A stretch of 64,000 nt of DNA from Myxococcales bacterium (GTDB lineage Bacteria; Myxococcota_A; Polyangia; Polyangiales; Polyangiaceae). Shown piece by piece: positions 29,001 through 36,733 of the stretch. Numbering within the stretch: position 1 is the first letter of the stretch; every line of letters starts with the position of its first letter. The DNA is taken from NCBI GenBank assembly GCA_043747615.1, contig JAYTOU010000091.1:83925-147924 (forward strand), given 5' to 3'. Below the pieces are notes generated by a model. The model saw nothing but the letters and a program-made list of their open reading frames with translations. It was not told the DNA's origin and made no database searches. Both the position numbers and the translations under genes were made by a program.

Positions 29001-31180
29001 CTCGGAGGGAAGATCCATCCCAAGAAAAAGAGCAGGAGCAGCGAAGGCGCGAGGAGGCTGCGTCTCAGGTTGTCGCAGATTTTCCAGCGATCGATGACAC
29101 TCAGGCGGTTCGGCAAACGGGCCCCGCTCGAGGACGGGACGCGCGGCAAGAGCCACGGCAAGAGTTGCCAGTCCCCGCGAATCCAGCGGTGGGTGCGGCG
29201 CGCAGCGGACAAATAGTTTTGCGGGTACTGCTCGAAGACCACGATGTCGGAAGCGAGTGCGGCCCTCCCGTGGATCCCTTCGAACAGATCGTGGCTGGCA
29301 AGGGCGTTCGACGGAACCTTTCCTTCGACGCTCTCCATGAAGGCGTCTACGTCGTAGATCCCTTTTCCGACGTACGCTCCGGAGCCGAAGAGGTCCTGGT
29401 ACACCTCGGAGCTCGCGTGCGTGTAGATGTCGAGCGCGGTGTCGCCGCACCAGATTCGGCTGAAGAGCGACGTCGCGCCCTCCACGGGGGACGACTCGAC
29501 GCGCGGTTGGGCAACCGTGTACCCCGAGACGATGCGGCCCGTTCGAGGATCGCGCCGCGCGGAGTTGAGAGGATGCGCGAGGAGACCGATGAGCCTCCGG
29601 GCCGTCCGCAGGGGCAGCCGCGTGTCGGCGTCGAGGGTGATGACGAAACGAACGCCTTCCAGGCCCGCGGGATCACCCAGTCGATATTTGAAGCTCGTCG
29701 CCTCGTCGCCCCGCAGCAGCCGATTGAACTCTTCGAGCTTGCCGCGTTTTCTCTCCCATCCCATGAACCGGTTCTCTCCCTCGTTCCAGCGGGATTCCCT
29801 GTGGAGGACGTGAAACGGGCCGCGTGGGAGAGACGAATATTTCGCGTTGAGGTCGCGGACGAGGCCTCCGGCGTACGCGAGAAGGTCCGCGTCGTCGGGG
29901 AGCTTCGACGCGTCGGTGTGATCGGTAAGAAGCACGAACGCGAGCGATGGATCGGGACAGGAGAGATAATGAAGCTCGAGGTTCGCGAGCAGGCGATCGA
30001 AGTCCTCGCGACTCGCCGCGAGAGCCGGAATGACGAGCGCCGTTCGGCATTCGGGCGGCACCCCTTCTGCGAAATCGAGCTTGGCGAGCAGGCGCGGGAC
30101 CATCACCCGATTCACCCACCAGTTGGTCTTCGCTACGGCGATCGACACGATCGGAACGGAAAGAATCACCAGACCGAGCGCGATACCAGCCGGCTTGAAT
30201 ACGTGGGCAACGAAGGCCGCGGCGAGCGCGAGGAGCAGGCCCGACGACAGACCGATGCTCCCGAGGTACGCCAGCGTCGGGTGCGCGCGCAGCACGTCAC
30301 GAACGCGGTCGAGTCCGTGAGCGTGGTATCCGATGCGCTCCTTGAGCTTCCCCTGGCCGCGATCGAGCAAGTAGTAGCCGACGTGCGCCTCGCGTGGGTC
30401 GCCCCCTGCGGCGAGCCCCTCTGCGGCAAGAGCGAGGGCGATGCGCGCGACCTCCAGCTCCGGCATTCCGGTGTCCCACGCCAGCGATTCTACCTCTTTG
30501 CGGTAGACGTCGCGCGCTTCGAATTCCATCCGCACGTAGGTGCCCGACGGATCGTCGCGGAGCGCGGCTTCCACGGCGCTTGTGCGCTGAACGAACGCAC
30601 GCCAATCCACCTCGGCCAGAAGCCGAAGCGCCCGGACCGCGCGCTCGACGACTACGTTGGACGCGAGCCCTTCCCACGTCGTTTTCTTGGACTGCAGCGG
30701 CGCGAAGAACGTATCGAGCGTGCGCACCAGCGGCTGGATCGTCGCAATCCGGAGCATTGCGGGAAGCGCCCAGAGCTCGGCGATCGTGAGCGAGGCTTCG
30801 GTTTGGTAGGCGTCGATGAAAGCGACCAGCGTTGCCCCATCGAAATCGAGAGCCGTAGCTTCAACGAACGCGTGAGCGATGGAGAGCACCCGCGGGACCG
30901 AGTCCTCGCCGACGTAGGGGAGGCGCCGGCGGAACCCTCGCGGCATCTCCGTCGCAATCTGCCTTAGCGCGCGCGAGACGAGATAGTGATTGTCGAGGAA
31001 CCACTCCGCCGCTTTCTGGAAGAGCGGGTCCTCGGGTCTCGGCATTCGAAATTCTTGCGTCGCACGCGCGATCGATGCGGCCAGCGCGCGCGGCTCCAAA
31101 AGCGGAACCGAACGTGCTCGGGGTCGGCGGAGCGGCCGATGCGCAGTGGCGAGTTCGGCCGCGCGTTTCTCGAGACTCAA
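23009..31180 (-). CDS. cgs: Cyclic beta-1,2-glucan synthase, Cgs/NdvB/ChvB type, with C-terminal GH94 phosphorylase
   Basis: 2723 aa; WERKRGK, TLDADT, SHDLFEG, RWIRGDWQ, RTSPTNIG, SWGGTMFEYLMP, WGVSES, YQSSGAFGYRDQLQD, GDWNDG, RENGGQYTH, WTWYTGAA. Confidence 0.95.
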   Translation of the reverse strand: MSLEKRAAELATAHRPLRRPRARSVPLLEPRALAASIARATQEFRMPRPEDPLFQKAAEWFLDNHYLVSRALRQIATEMPRGFRRRLPYVGEDSVPRVLSIAHAFVEATALDFDGATLVAFIDAYQTEASLTIAELWALPAMLRIATIQPLVRTLDTFFAPLQSKKTTWEGLASNVVVERAVRALRLLAEVDWRAFVQRTSAVEAALRDDPSGTYVRMEFEARDVYRKEVESLAWDTGMPELEVARIALALAAEGLAAGGDPREAHVGYYLLDRGQGKLKERIGYHAHGLDRVRDVLRAHPTLAYLGSIGLSSGLLLALAAAFVAHVFKPAGIALGLVILSVPIVSIAVAKTNWWVNRVMVPRLLAKLDFAEGVPPECRTALVIPALAASREDFDRLLANLELHYLSCPDPSLAFVLLTDHTDASKLPDDADLLAYAGGLVRDLNAKYSSLPRGPFHVLHRESRWNEGENRFMGWERKRGKLEEFNRLLRGDEATSFKYRLGDPAGLEGVRFVITLDADTRLPLRTARRLIGLLAHPLNSARRDPRTGRIVSGYTVAQPRVESSPVEGATSLFSRIWCGDTALDIYTHASSEVYQDLFGSGAYVGKGIYDVDAFMESVEGKVPSNALASHDLFEGIHGRAALASDIVVFEQYPQNYLSAARRTHRWIRGDWQLLPWLLPRVPSSSGARLPNRLSVIDRWKICDNLRRSLLAPSLLLLFFLGWIFPPSPVSALVLAPLLVPLLLCAPAFLDGNFRQTFERSALSVAFLPHEAWIATDAIVRAVVRMAITKKNLLQWVTADATERAFAAGSRGLFWRDMGPVVIFTSCLGALLGAWHPDALPFAAPVLVLWLVSPEIARWVSAPDVHKKELSAAGRVTLRHLARRTWLFFETFVGPGDQWLAPDNFQVEPGGIIAHRTSPTNIGLMLVADLCAWDLGYIGRAELSALVHQSMETLARLERYRGHWLNWYNTRTLEPLLPRYVSTVDSGNLAAALITLAKGCRDAAHAPKVRPVRFQGLGDTLDLLEESFKRLAIAHAPASKAIADIRLTLGRGYLKPTESDSAAKTLSTSEVPALEKALLDVLDQTTADPDMATFRELQTWLARFRHQIRSLLGDIDAVGDEGALRDGLLALADRADDARGGFDFRFLFDVARKLFHIGYNATSDRLDANYYDLLASEARIASFLAVVQSEVPPEHWFTLGRPVTRIQGEAALVSWGGTMFEYLMPTLFMRSQERTLLSQSTELAVAAQIEHGKNAGTPWGVSESGYAHLDAQRNYQYRSFGVPGLGLRRGLEEDQVIAPYACVLALPMRPREVLDNLEALECLGARGLYGLFEAVDFDKERANEVSRTTGETAQGYAVVRSHMAHHQGMILAALNNALNDNVLVERFHSNVLVKLGEPLLSERLPPLRVAEDVAPKARESTTLLVADAPAVPGWVPDRAAAQVALLGNGRLTTVVTDAGAGFTSWNGLAITRGGFDATCDQDGTWIYVRDEERGHLWSAAPAPTRARVPSDEVVFQAHAVEFHHRDEGISLRTEIAVGANDDVEVRQVTLHNETDEHRTLTLMTYAEPVLESAAASVRQPAFSRLFVECETLPAQHGLLASRRTRSPEDPVAIMVQSLVWDNPAVTWVGSETDRRSFVGRRHDARTPECHVTTAAVEPVRSPLDPALVLAVRVELAPHARVEIALVTAVAKSRDAVLDLARRFGSLHAVRWAVHDARRDLARRLDREGMSPALFQPAMQLVSRLLLPSVGLSAPRPAFSAVHPSKSSLWGHGISGDYPLLAVRVPSRAPPDLVLEILAVYRFLRTCGTKVEIVFLDEALTGYQSEEFGSVRSTLINAGADVWLNQRAGIFILPIDQLSADDRLRIPQAARVLLDGEKGSLAELLSVAAPPVPMLPAFAATRPPDGEPPVALAVPKLVFENPYGGFTEDGREYVIKARAGKPTPAPWCNVLANAEAGCLVSESSMGASWAGNSGENRLTPWRNDPVTDAPSEAIYVRDEETAQVWSPTPLPAGLDVDTIVRHGAGYTIYERESHGLHQRLTVFVPTDAPVKIVRLTLTNRLARPRRLTATYYAEWVLGALREEQQPHIACELDASAQCLLARCGWNADFAERVAFLSADRAPHGFTFDRTEFLGRSGSLAQPDALARWGLSGSTESGTDPCAVLQTHFDLAPGESKDTHFVLGQGRDVAHAVELAGRFRPAAAVEAAWRALGEHWDTVLGAVQVKTPEPAMDVLLNRWLVYQCLSSRLLGRTAFYQSSGAFGYRDQLQDVMALVHGAPELARAQILSAAAHQFEEGDVLHWWHPPADRGVRTRCSDDLAWLPFVTAHYVEATGDTSILDQPVTFLKAPLLQADEHDRYAQFPVSPLASPLMDHCRRALTRALTEGPHGLPLMGEGDWNDGMNLVGKLGRGESVWLGFFLAATMTDFAKLCDRRGEGAEAARWRASAGSLGARIDKEAWDGAWYQRAFYDDGTVLGTSSARTCRIDSIPQSWAVLSAASDPARATQALRSADDMLVKEKERLVLVLDPPFEGGRHNPGYIKAYPPGVRENGGQYTHAATWLGFAHAHAGDGFRAERVFRMLNPLLHSTSAKDADHYRVEPYALAGDVYGGKAPLIGRGGWTWYTGAAAWMWRLGVEAILGLRKENGGLRVAPSIPSTWPGFEATVKIGAQECHVVVDNTSGAGHGVSSVTLDGVAVASPFVQLGTGSARRELRIVLGAVAKAARAG

Positions 31181-32244
31181 TCCCTCTCCGGGGGACGGCC
31201 CGACGGCGAGACGCGTACGCTTTGGACCGGCGCCTGCCCGAGGTGTGCACGAGGCATGTCCTGGAAGACGAAGATCGGCAGCTGCGTGTGCGCAAGGAGG
31301 TACGACGCGACGCTCCCGAAGGCGCGCTCCATGTTGCAGGTGCTTCCGTGCGCGGTGAGGACGATCAGATCCGCCGCTTGCTCTGCGCAGATATCGAGCA
31401 AGGCCTGTCGGTCTTCGGTCCGGCGCACGACCATCGTGGTCACCGAAGGAACGTGGGGAAGGAGGCGAGCCCGGATTCGCGGAAGGTATCCTTCTGCGTT
31501 CGCTTGCACGCGGGAGGCGAGCGACTGCGCAAGCCGCATGTCGTCGGGATCCGAAAGAACGGCCGTCGTCGTCGGGTCGGTAACGACATGCACCAAGACC
31601 ACTTCGGACGAATGAAAGCGCGCGAGCTCCGCGACGAGCGGCAGGACGGATTCGCTACGCAGCGAGCCGTCGAGAGCCACGACGATGCGCTTCGGGGGAA
31701 TGCGGCCGGGCGACATCGCCGGACACAGGAGGACGGATCCGCCCGCCAAGCTGAGAACGTGCTGCGCGACGCTTCCAAGGCCGGATGCGCTCCTACCGCC
31801 TTCGCCGTGGCTCGACAGAACCGTCAAATCGACGGCCATTTCGCGCGCCGTGGCCAGGATCTGATCGGCGGGGTAACCCTGCATGAGCCGCGTCGCCGTC
31901 CCCTGCGGTGCACCTCCGAGCGAGGCCTTCGCTTGGGTCAAGTACTGGTCTGCCTCTCGCTTCGCAAGCTCCCATTCGAGAGCGTCCGCGCGGACCGATT
32001 CCTGCGCGCCCGGGGGCGAGGGGATCACATGCAAGAGAGTAACTTTCGACGCGAACGCCTCTGCGAAGAAGCGCGTGTACGGGAGACATCCGTCGGCCAA
32101 CACAGAGCGATCGAGGCAAACGAGAATATGCCCAATCGCGGTGACGGCCGCATCGGGATCGCTGCCCGGTCGCGCGCGCTTGGAGGACGCAGGCGTCGGT
32201 ACCTTGGCTAGATTGCTCGTGGTTACTTGGGCTAGATTGCTCAT
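31177..32244 (-). CDS. Tandem universal stress protein (two UspA domains)
   Basis: ILVCLDRS...SSHG..GLGSVA and IVVALDGS...TAHG..FGSVA; stop overlaps cgs start by 4 nt; start uncertain. Confidence 0.92.
   Translation of the reverse strand: MSNLAQVTTSNLAKVPTPASSKRARPGSDPDAAVTAIGHILVCLDRSVLADGCLPYTRFFAEAFASKVTLLHVIPSPPGAQESVRADALEWELAKREADQYLTQAKASLGGAPQGTATRLMQGYPADQILATAREMAVDLTVLSSHGEGGRSASGLGSVAQHVLSLAGGSVLLCPAMSPGRIPPKRIVVALDGSLRSESVLPLVAELARFHSSEVVLVHVVTDPTTTAVLSDPDDMRLAQSLASRVQANAEGYLPRIRARLLPHVPSVTTMVVRRTEDRQALLDICAEQAADLIVLTAHGSTCNMERAFGSVASYLLAHTQLPIFVFQDMPRAHLGQAPVQSVRVSPSGRPPERD
32203..32242. repeat. Short duplication at the usp 5' end
   Basis: GGCTAGATTGCTC occurs twice 24 nt apart, encoding SNLAQV / SNLAKV. 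Confidence 0.7.
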
Positions 32245-32260
32245 GGCGTAGGGCGCTAGG

Positions 32261-32275
32261 GCAAGAAACAAGCCG
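32261..32275 (-). promoter_or_regulatory. Possible sigma54 -24/-12 element for usp-cgs
   Basis: Minus strand CGGCTTGTTTCTTGC fits GG-N10-GC with TTGC, 16 nt above ATG 32244; imperfect match to TGGCAC. Confidence 0.3.
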
Positions 32276-32378
32276 CCAGGCACAGACTGAGCCCTCTAGA
32301 TTTCTGCGCTTTCGAGGAGGCGCCTCTACCGAAGCACCGAGGCAATCCTGTCGAGCTGTGGCAGTTTGGAGTACCGCG

Positions 32379-33686
32379 ATGCAGAAAAAGCTCGAAGAGC
32401 TTCAGTCACAGACGTTCGCGTACTTCGCAAACAACATCAACGCGGAGAACGGCCTCATCGCGGACAGGACGGAGCCGGGTTCGCCCTCGAGCATTGCCGC
32501 TGTTGGCTTGGGGCTCAGCGCGTATGTCGTCGCCGTCGAGCGCGGGCTCATGTCGCGAAAGGAAGCGATCGCCCGGACTCTCGCGACGCTTCGTTTTTTT
32601 CGCGCGAGCCCGCAGGGTCCGGAGCCAGACGCCACGGGGTACAAAGGTTTCTACTACCACTTCTTGAACATGCAGACCGGCAGACGCGCCGATGGATCCG
32701 AGCTGTCGACCGTCGATAGCGCTTTTCTCGTCGCCGGATTTCTGTGCGCGGGCCTGTACTTCGATGGCGCGAGCGAACCGGAGAAAGAGATTCGAGATCT
32801 CGCCGACGTTCTCTACCGCCGCGTCGACTGGGCCTGGGCCCTGAACGGAACGACGACGCTTCGCCACGGTTGGAAATCGGAGTCCGGCTTTCTCACGTCA
32901 TCGTGGACTACGGGCTACAGCGAAGCGCTACTCTTGTACGTGCTTGCGCTCGGCTCACCTACGTTTCCGATCCCGGCGGACGGCTACCGCGCGTGGACCG
33001 CGACGTTCGAGCGAAAGACGGCGTACGGCATGACGTACATTTTTGCGGGCCCCCTCTTCATTCACCAGCTCTCCCACATCTGGATCGATTTTCGTGGAAT
33101 CGGAGACGATCGCAACCGTGAAGAGGGGTTCGACTATTTCGAGAACAGCCGCCGCGCGACGCTGGCGCAGCAGCAGCACGGCATCGAGAACCCGCAAGGC
33201 TTCGCGCACTACTCGAAGCATGGATGGGGATTCACCGCGAGCGACGGACCGGGCCCGGCCGTGCACGTGATCGACGGCGTTCGGCGAGAGTTTTTTGGCT
33301 ACGAGTCCAGGGGCGCGCCATTCGGGCTCGACGACGGAACGATCTCGCCGTGGGCGGTGGTTGCGTCGTTGCCGTTCGCGCCAGAAGCCGTCTGCGACAC
33401 GCTACGTCACGCGATCGAACAGCTCGCTAAGTTGGACAAAGATGGCGACGGATTCGACGCGAGCTTCAATCGGACGTTCCCGTCGGCGAACGGGGACCCT
33501 AACGGGTGGACCTCACCCTGGAAGCTTGGGTTGAACGAGGGGCCGATGGTTTTGATGATCGAGAATCATCTGAGCGGGCTTATCTGGGGGCTCTTTCGAC
33601 GCTGTCCGTGGGTCGTGCGTGGGCTGCAGCGCGCGGGGTTTTCGGGTGGGTGGTTGGACCAATCCGCGGTAGCCTTCGTCGATTAA
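32379..33686 (+). CDS. Endo-beta-1,2-glucanase, GH144 (DUF3131/glucoamylase-like)
   Basis: SIAAVG, GYKGFYYHFL, ELSTVDSA, GPLFIHQLSH.WIDFRG, YFENSRRAT, WGFTASDGP, GLQRAGFSGGWL; no signal peptide. Confidence 0.9.
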   Translation: MQKKLEELQSQTFAYFANNINAENGLIADRTEPGSPSSIAAVGLGLSAYVVAVERGLMSRKEAIARTLATLRFFRASPQGPEPDATGYKGFYYHFLNMQTGRRADGSELSTVDSAFLVAGFLCAGLYFDGASEPEKEIRDLADVLYRRVDWAWALNGTTTLRHGWKSESGFLTSSWTTGYSEALLLYVLALGSPTFPIPADGYRAWTATFERKTAYGMTYIFAGPLFIHQLSHIWIDFRGIGDDRNREEGFDYFENSRRATLAQQQHGIENPQGFAHYSKHGWGFTASDGPGPAVHVIDGVRREFFGYESRGAPFGLDDGTISPWAVVASLPFAPEAVCDTLRHAIEQLAKLDKDGDGFDASFNRTFPSANGDPNGWTSPWKLGLNEGPMVLMIENHLSGLIWGLFRRCPWVVRGLQRAGFSGGWLDQSAVAFVD

Positions 33687-33688
33687 CG

Positions 33689-35947
33689 ATGGCCTCGATT
33701 CTCGTTTTCGAACCTAGCGCCATAGAGAGCGAGCACGCGTGCGTAGCGCTTCGACGCTCGGGGCACGAGGCTCGCCGCGGCGACGGCTCGGAGGATCCGA
33801 GCGCCTACGGAGCCGTCCTCGCGGACTTGCAGCTTGCGCTCGACCGAGGATGGCTGCGCGGCAATGGGGCCAATCCGTTGCCGGTGCCGCTAATCGTCAG
33901 CTCCAAGGTCGCCGCGTTCCTCGCGAACGTCGCGTCTTCCGTGGCCGGTACGGTGCTCAAGCCGACGACCGCGGAGGACCTCGTGCGCGCCGTCGAGCGC
34001 GTGCTCGCGTCGGACGTTCGCGAGGGCTTGACGTCGACGGAGCTGCTCGCCGACCCCGAGAGAGATGCGCTCGTCGAATCCTTCGGCGGACCGAACGTCG
34101 AGCTCGCTGCGGTCGCCGATCTCGTTGCCCGTGGGCTCGGAACACCCATGGCTCTCGTAACCCTCATGAGCTCGGTGTCGCAGCGGTTCGTCGGACAGTC
34201 GGGGCTGCCGACCGATCTCGCGCTCGCGCTGGAGACCCCTCGAGCGTGGTCTTTTTGCCAGCATGCGGTGACCGCGGGGTCCCCGTTGGTGATCGAAGAC
34301 GCGGCCGGGCACCCTCTTCTCGGGTCGACGCCGCTCGTGAAGATGAACCTCATTCGCGCCTACGCTGGGGTGCCGATCGAAGTGGGCGGCGTGGTGGTCG
34401 GGACCGTCTGCGCGCTGTCGAACGCGCCTCACCATTTCGATGAAAAAGATCTGGCCACCCTCGAGCTCGCCGCGCGGCTGGCGGGCATTCACCTCGCCCT
34501 TCAAGCTGCCAGCCGGAAGGAAGCGGCGCAGCCTCGACAGGCGAAGCGAGCGGGCGGGCTCCAAATCGGCGACCTTCTCGACCACAAGTATTGGATCACC
34601 GCGCGCCTTGGGTCAGGCGGTCTCTCGGACGTATTGCTCGCGCGCGACAGCGTGGTCGGACAGATGGTCGCCATCAAGGTCATGCGCACGATCACGGGGG
34701 AACAGACGCTGCTGCGCGAAGCGACGGCCCTCGCCCGGGTGCGTCACCCGAACATCGTTCAGGTGCACGGCTGGGGGCGCACGCACGAGCAGCAGCTTTA
34801 CCTCGTCCTCGAGTACCTCTCGGGCGAACCTCTCAAAGATCGCCTAGCCGCCGACGCGCAAGGAGCGGCGCCGCTCCATCCTAGCGCGGCGCTCAAGATT
34901 CTTCGCGAGCTCGCAGGCGCTCTGGCCACGCTGCACGCTGCGGGCATCTTCCACGGTGACATCAAGCCGGACAACGTCATCCTCGACGTGGCTCTCGATC
35001 GCGCTGTGCTCATCGATTTCGGGCTCGGGCTCGGCGGCGATTTCCGCGGAGGGACGCCCGGTTTTTCGGCCCCCGAGCAGTTCGCTACGGACACGCAACT
35101 TCACCTCAGCCCGCTTCTCGATGTCTATGGCCTGGCGGCGCTTGCCTATGTCATGTTCGCGGGAAAAGAGCCCTTTCATCAGGCCCACGGCCTCGCGCGC
35201 GTCGCCTACCAGATGCTCGGAGAGCTCGAGCCAGCGTCGCGTGTGCGCCCCGGGCTCCCCGAGGGCCTCGACGCGGTGCTGGCGCGCGGCATGTCGGTCG
35301 ACCCGAGCCTACGTCACGATTCCGTCCTAGCGTTTGCGCACGCCATCGAAGAAGTCCTCAGCTCGCGATCGCAAGGCATTCCAGCTCTTGCGCAGGCGGG
35401 AGCTTCGTTGCCGGCGAGCCGCGGCGGAAGCTTTCGTCTCGCACGCGCAGAGGTCACCGAGCGCCTGGGGGCGGCTGAGGAGGCGAAGATCCTTGCGTCA
35501 GTCGCCGACATCGACAGGGCAGTCGTCGAATCGGTGGTGGACGACGAAGCTTGGCATTCGACGGCGGCTCTCGTCGCCTATCTCGAGGCCTACGCCGGAG
35601 GGGACCCTCAGCGGGTGGAAGACTTGGCCACGGCGGTCACGGGCGCGGTATTGCCCGGTCTCCTCCGGACGATCCCCGTCGCGCGGACTCCTTCGACGAT
35701 GCTCCACCTATCGTCTCCGCTCCTCTATCGCTTCCACGACTGGGGAAAGATCGTCATCACCCAGACGACTCCGGAAAATGCCTCGCTCACGCTTCGCATG
35801 CCGAACGAGCTCGCGCCCATCATGTGCCGCTACCTTCGCGGCTCCTTGCTCGCGCTCCTTCGCTTCGCCGCGGCCAAGCCTAAGATCTCCGAGGAGTGGT
35901 GTCTGGCCCACGGCGCCGGAGCGTGCGAGCTGAAGATCAGCTGGTAG
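33689..35947 (+). CDS. Multidomain Ser/Thr kinase: REC-like, GAF, kinase, TIGR02265/V4R-like
   Basis: ATG 2 nt after GH144 stop; VLADL..LKP; SFCQH..YAGVP..GTVC; GSGG, AIK, HGDIKPDN, DFG, APE; C-terminal C..HG...CELKISW. Confidence 0.88.
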   Translation: MASILVFEPSAIESEHACVALRRSGHEARRGDGSEDPSAYGAVLADLQLALDRGWLRGNGANPLPVPLIVSSKVAAFLANVASSVAGTVLKPTTAEDLVRAVERVLASDVREGLTSTELLADPERDALVESFGGPNVELAAVADLVARGLGTPMALVTLMSSVSQRFVGQSGLPTDLALALETPRAWSFCQHAVTAGSPLVIEDAAGHPLLGSTPLVKMNLIRAYAGVPIEVGGVVVGTVCALSNAPHHFDEKDLATLELAARLAGIHLALQAASRKEAAQPRQAKRAGGLQIGDLLDHKYWITARLGSGGLSDVLLARDSVVGQMVAIKVMRTITGEQTLLREATALARVRHPNIVQVHGWGRTHEQQLYLVLEYLSGEPLKDRLAADAQGAAPLHPSAALKILRELAGALATLHAAGIFHGDIKPDNVILDVALDRAVLIDFGLGLGGDFRGGTPGFSAPEQFATDTQLHLSPLLDVYGLAALAYVMFAGKEPFHQAHGLARVAYQMLGELEPASRVRPGLPEGLDAVLARGMSVDPSLRHDSVLAFAHAIEEVLSSRSQGIPALAQAGASLPASRGGSFRLARAEVTERLGAAEEAKILASVADIDRAVVESVVDDEAWHSTAALVAYLEAYAGGDPQRVEDLATAVTGAVLPGLLRTIPVARTPSTMLHLSSPLLYRFHDWGKIVITQTTPENASLTLRMPNELAPIMCRYLRGSLLALLRFAAAKPKISEEWCLAHGAGACELKISW

Positions 35948-36059
35948 GCTGCGTAGCGTCGCCGGAGACCATTCGCATCGTCATCGTGGCTCGCGCGTCA
36001 CCATCGTCGCTCCGACGTCGGCGGCGTCGAGCTCGATCGGCGGCATTTCGGGAGGAAAC

Positions 36060-36275
36060 ATGTGAGTCAGGCTCGGATCATTTCAGGTCAAGGCGGGGGA
36101 GCCCTTCGTGGGCTGTACAGTCTGGCGGACGGCGGCTGACGGAGCGGCGTACGAAACCAGCGGTGCTGCCCGGGCGGTGGTCGCCCTGCTCCGTGATTTC
36201 TTTGCCGGACCGCCAACGCTTTCAGCGTACGAGACACACAGCTGCACGCCCGCGAGCAAAATCAAGGTGTCGTGA
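36060..36275 (+). pseudogene. Probable antibiotic biosynthesis monooxygenase (ABM)-like pseudogene (not in ORF track)
   Basis: GGAGG SD, then ATG-TGA-VRLGSFQVK|AGEPFVGCTVWRTAADGAAYETSG...FFAGPPTLSAYE; stop at codon 2 and only ~70 codons. Confidence 0.6.
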
Positions 36276-36311
36276 CCATCGAAGGTCGACGCGGGTCGGC
36301 CTGACGTCTTT

Positions 36312-36689
36312 CTACTTGCCGGGGTACTTCGCCTCGAAGTGGCGGATGCTGGCTTCGCCGATACCTTCGATGGTGCTGGCGGCAATTACAGCTTTGATTC
36401 CCAACCCGATGACGGGGACGAAGTTCGCGGCGCTCATGGCGAGCGTCTTTAGACCGACGCTCGCGAGCTCCAGCCCGGCGCCGGCCATGAAGATGTCGCC
36501 GCGAGCGAGCTCCTCTCCGTAGATCCGTCCGATCCAGTAAATCATGTGTGTTTCGAGCGCGGTGAGGCCCGGGCTAGTGGCAACCGGGATGGGAAGAATG
36601 GCCCACGCGGTGCCAAACGCAGCGTACTTGTGAACCAGCTTCCTGGCCCGCACGCGGCAGGGCTCGGCAGGCTTCGGGTGTTCGCTCAT
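36312..36689 (-). CDS. Small DUF697-like protein
   Basis: A..LVHKYA...AILPIP....LTALE..MI..IG..YG pattern. Confidence 0.7.
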   Translation of the reverse strand: MSEHPKPAEPCRVRARKLVHKYAAFGTAWAILPIPVATSPGLTALETHMIYWIGRIYGEELARGDIFMAGAGLELASVGLKTLAMSAANFVPVIGLGIKAVIAASTIEGIGEASIRHFEAKYPGK

Positions 36690-36733
36690 CTCCAAAGCTT
36701 AAGCATCGACGTCCACAGCGCCACTAGGCGCAC

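Noticed and set aside
36063..36065. TGA at codon 2 as selenocysteine or recoded Trp
   Set aside because: No Cys-type context, TGA is a normal stop throughout the window, and the frame also seems internally deleted
21053..36275. Glucan block as a mobile element
   Set aside because: No integrase, transposase, tRNA or flanking repeats, and no obvious GC shift
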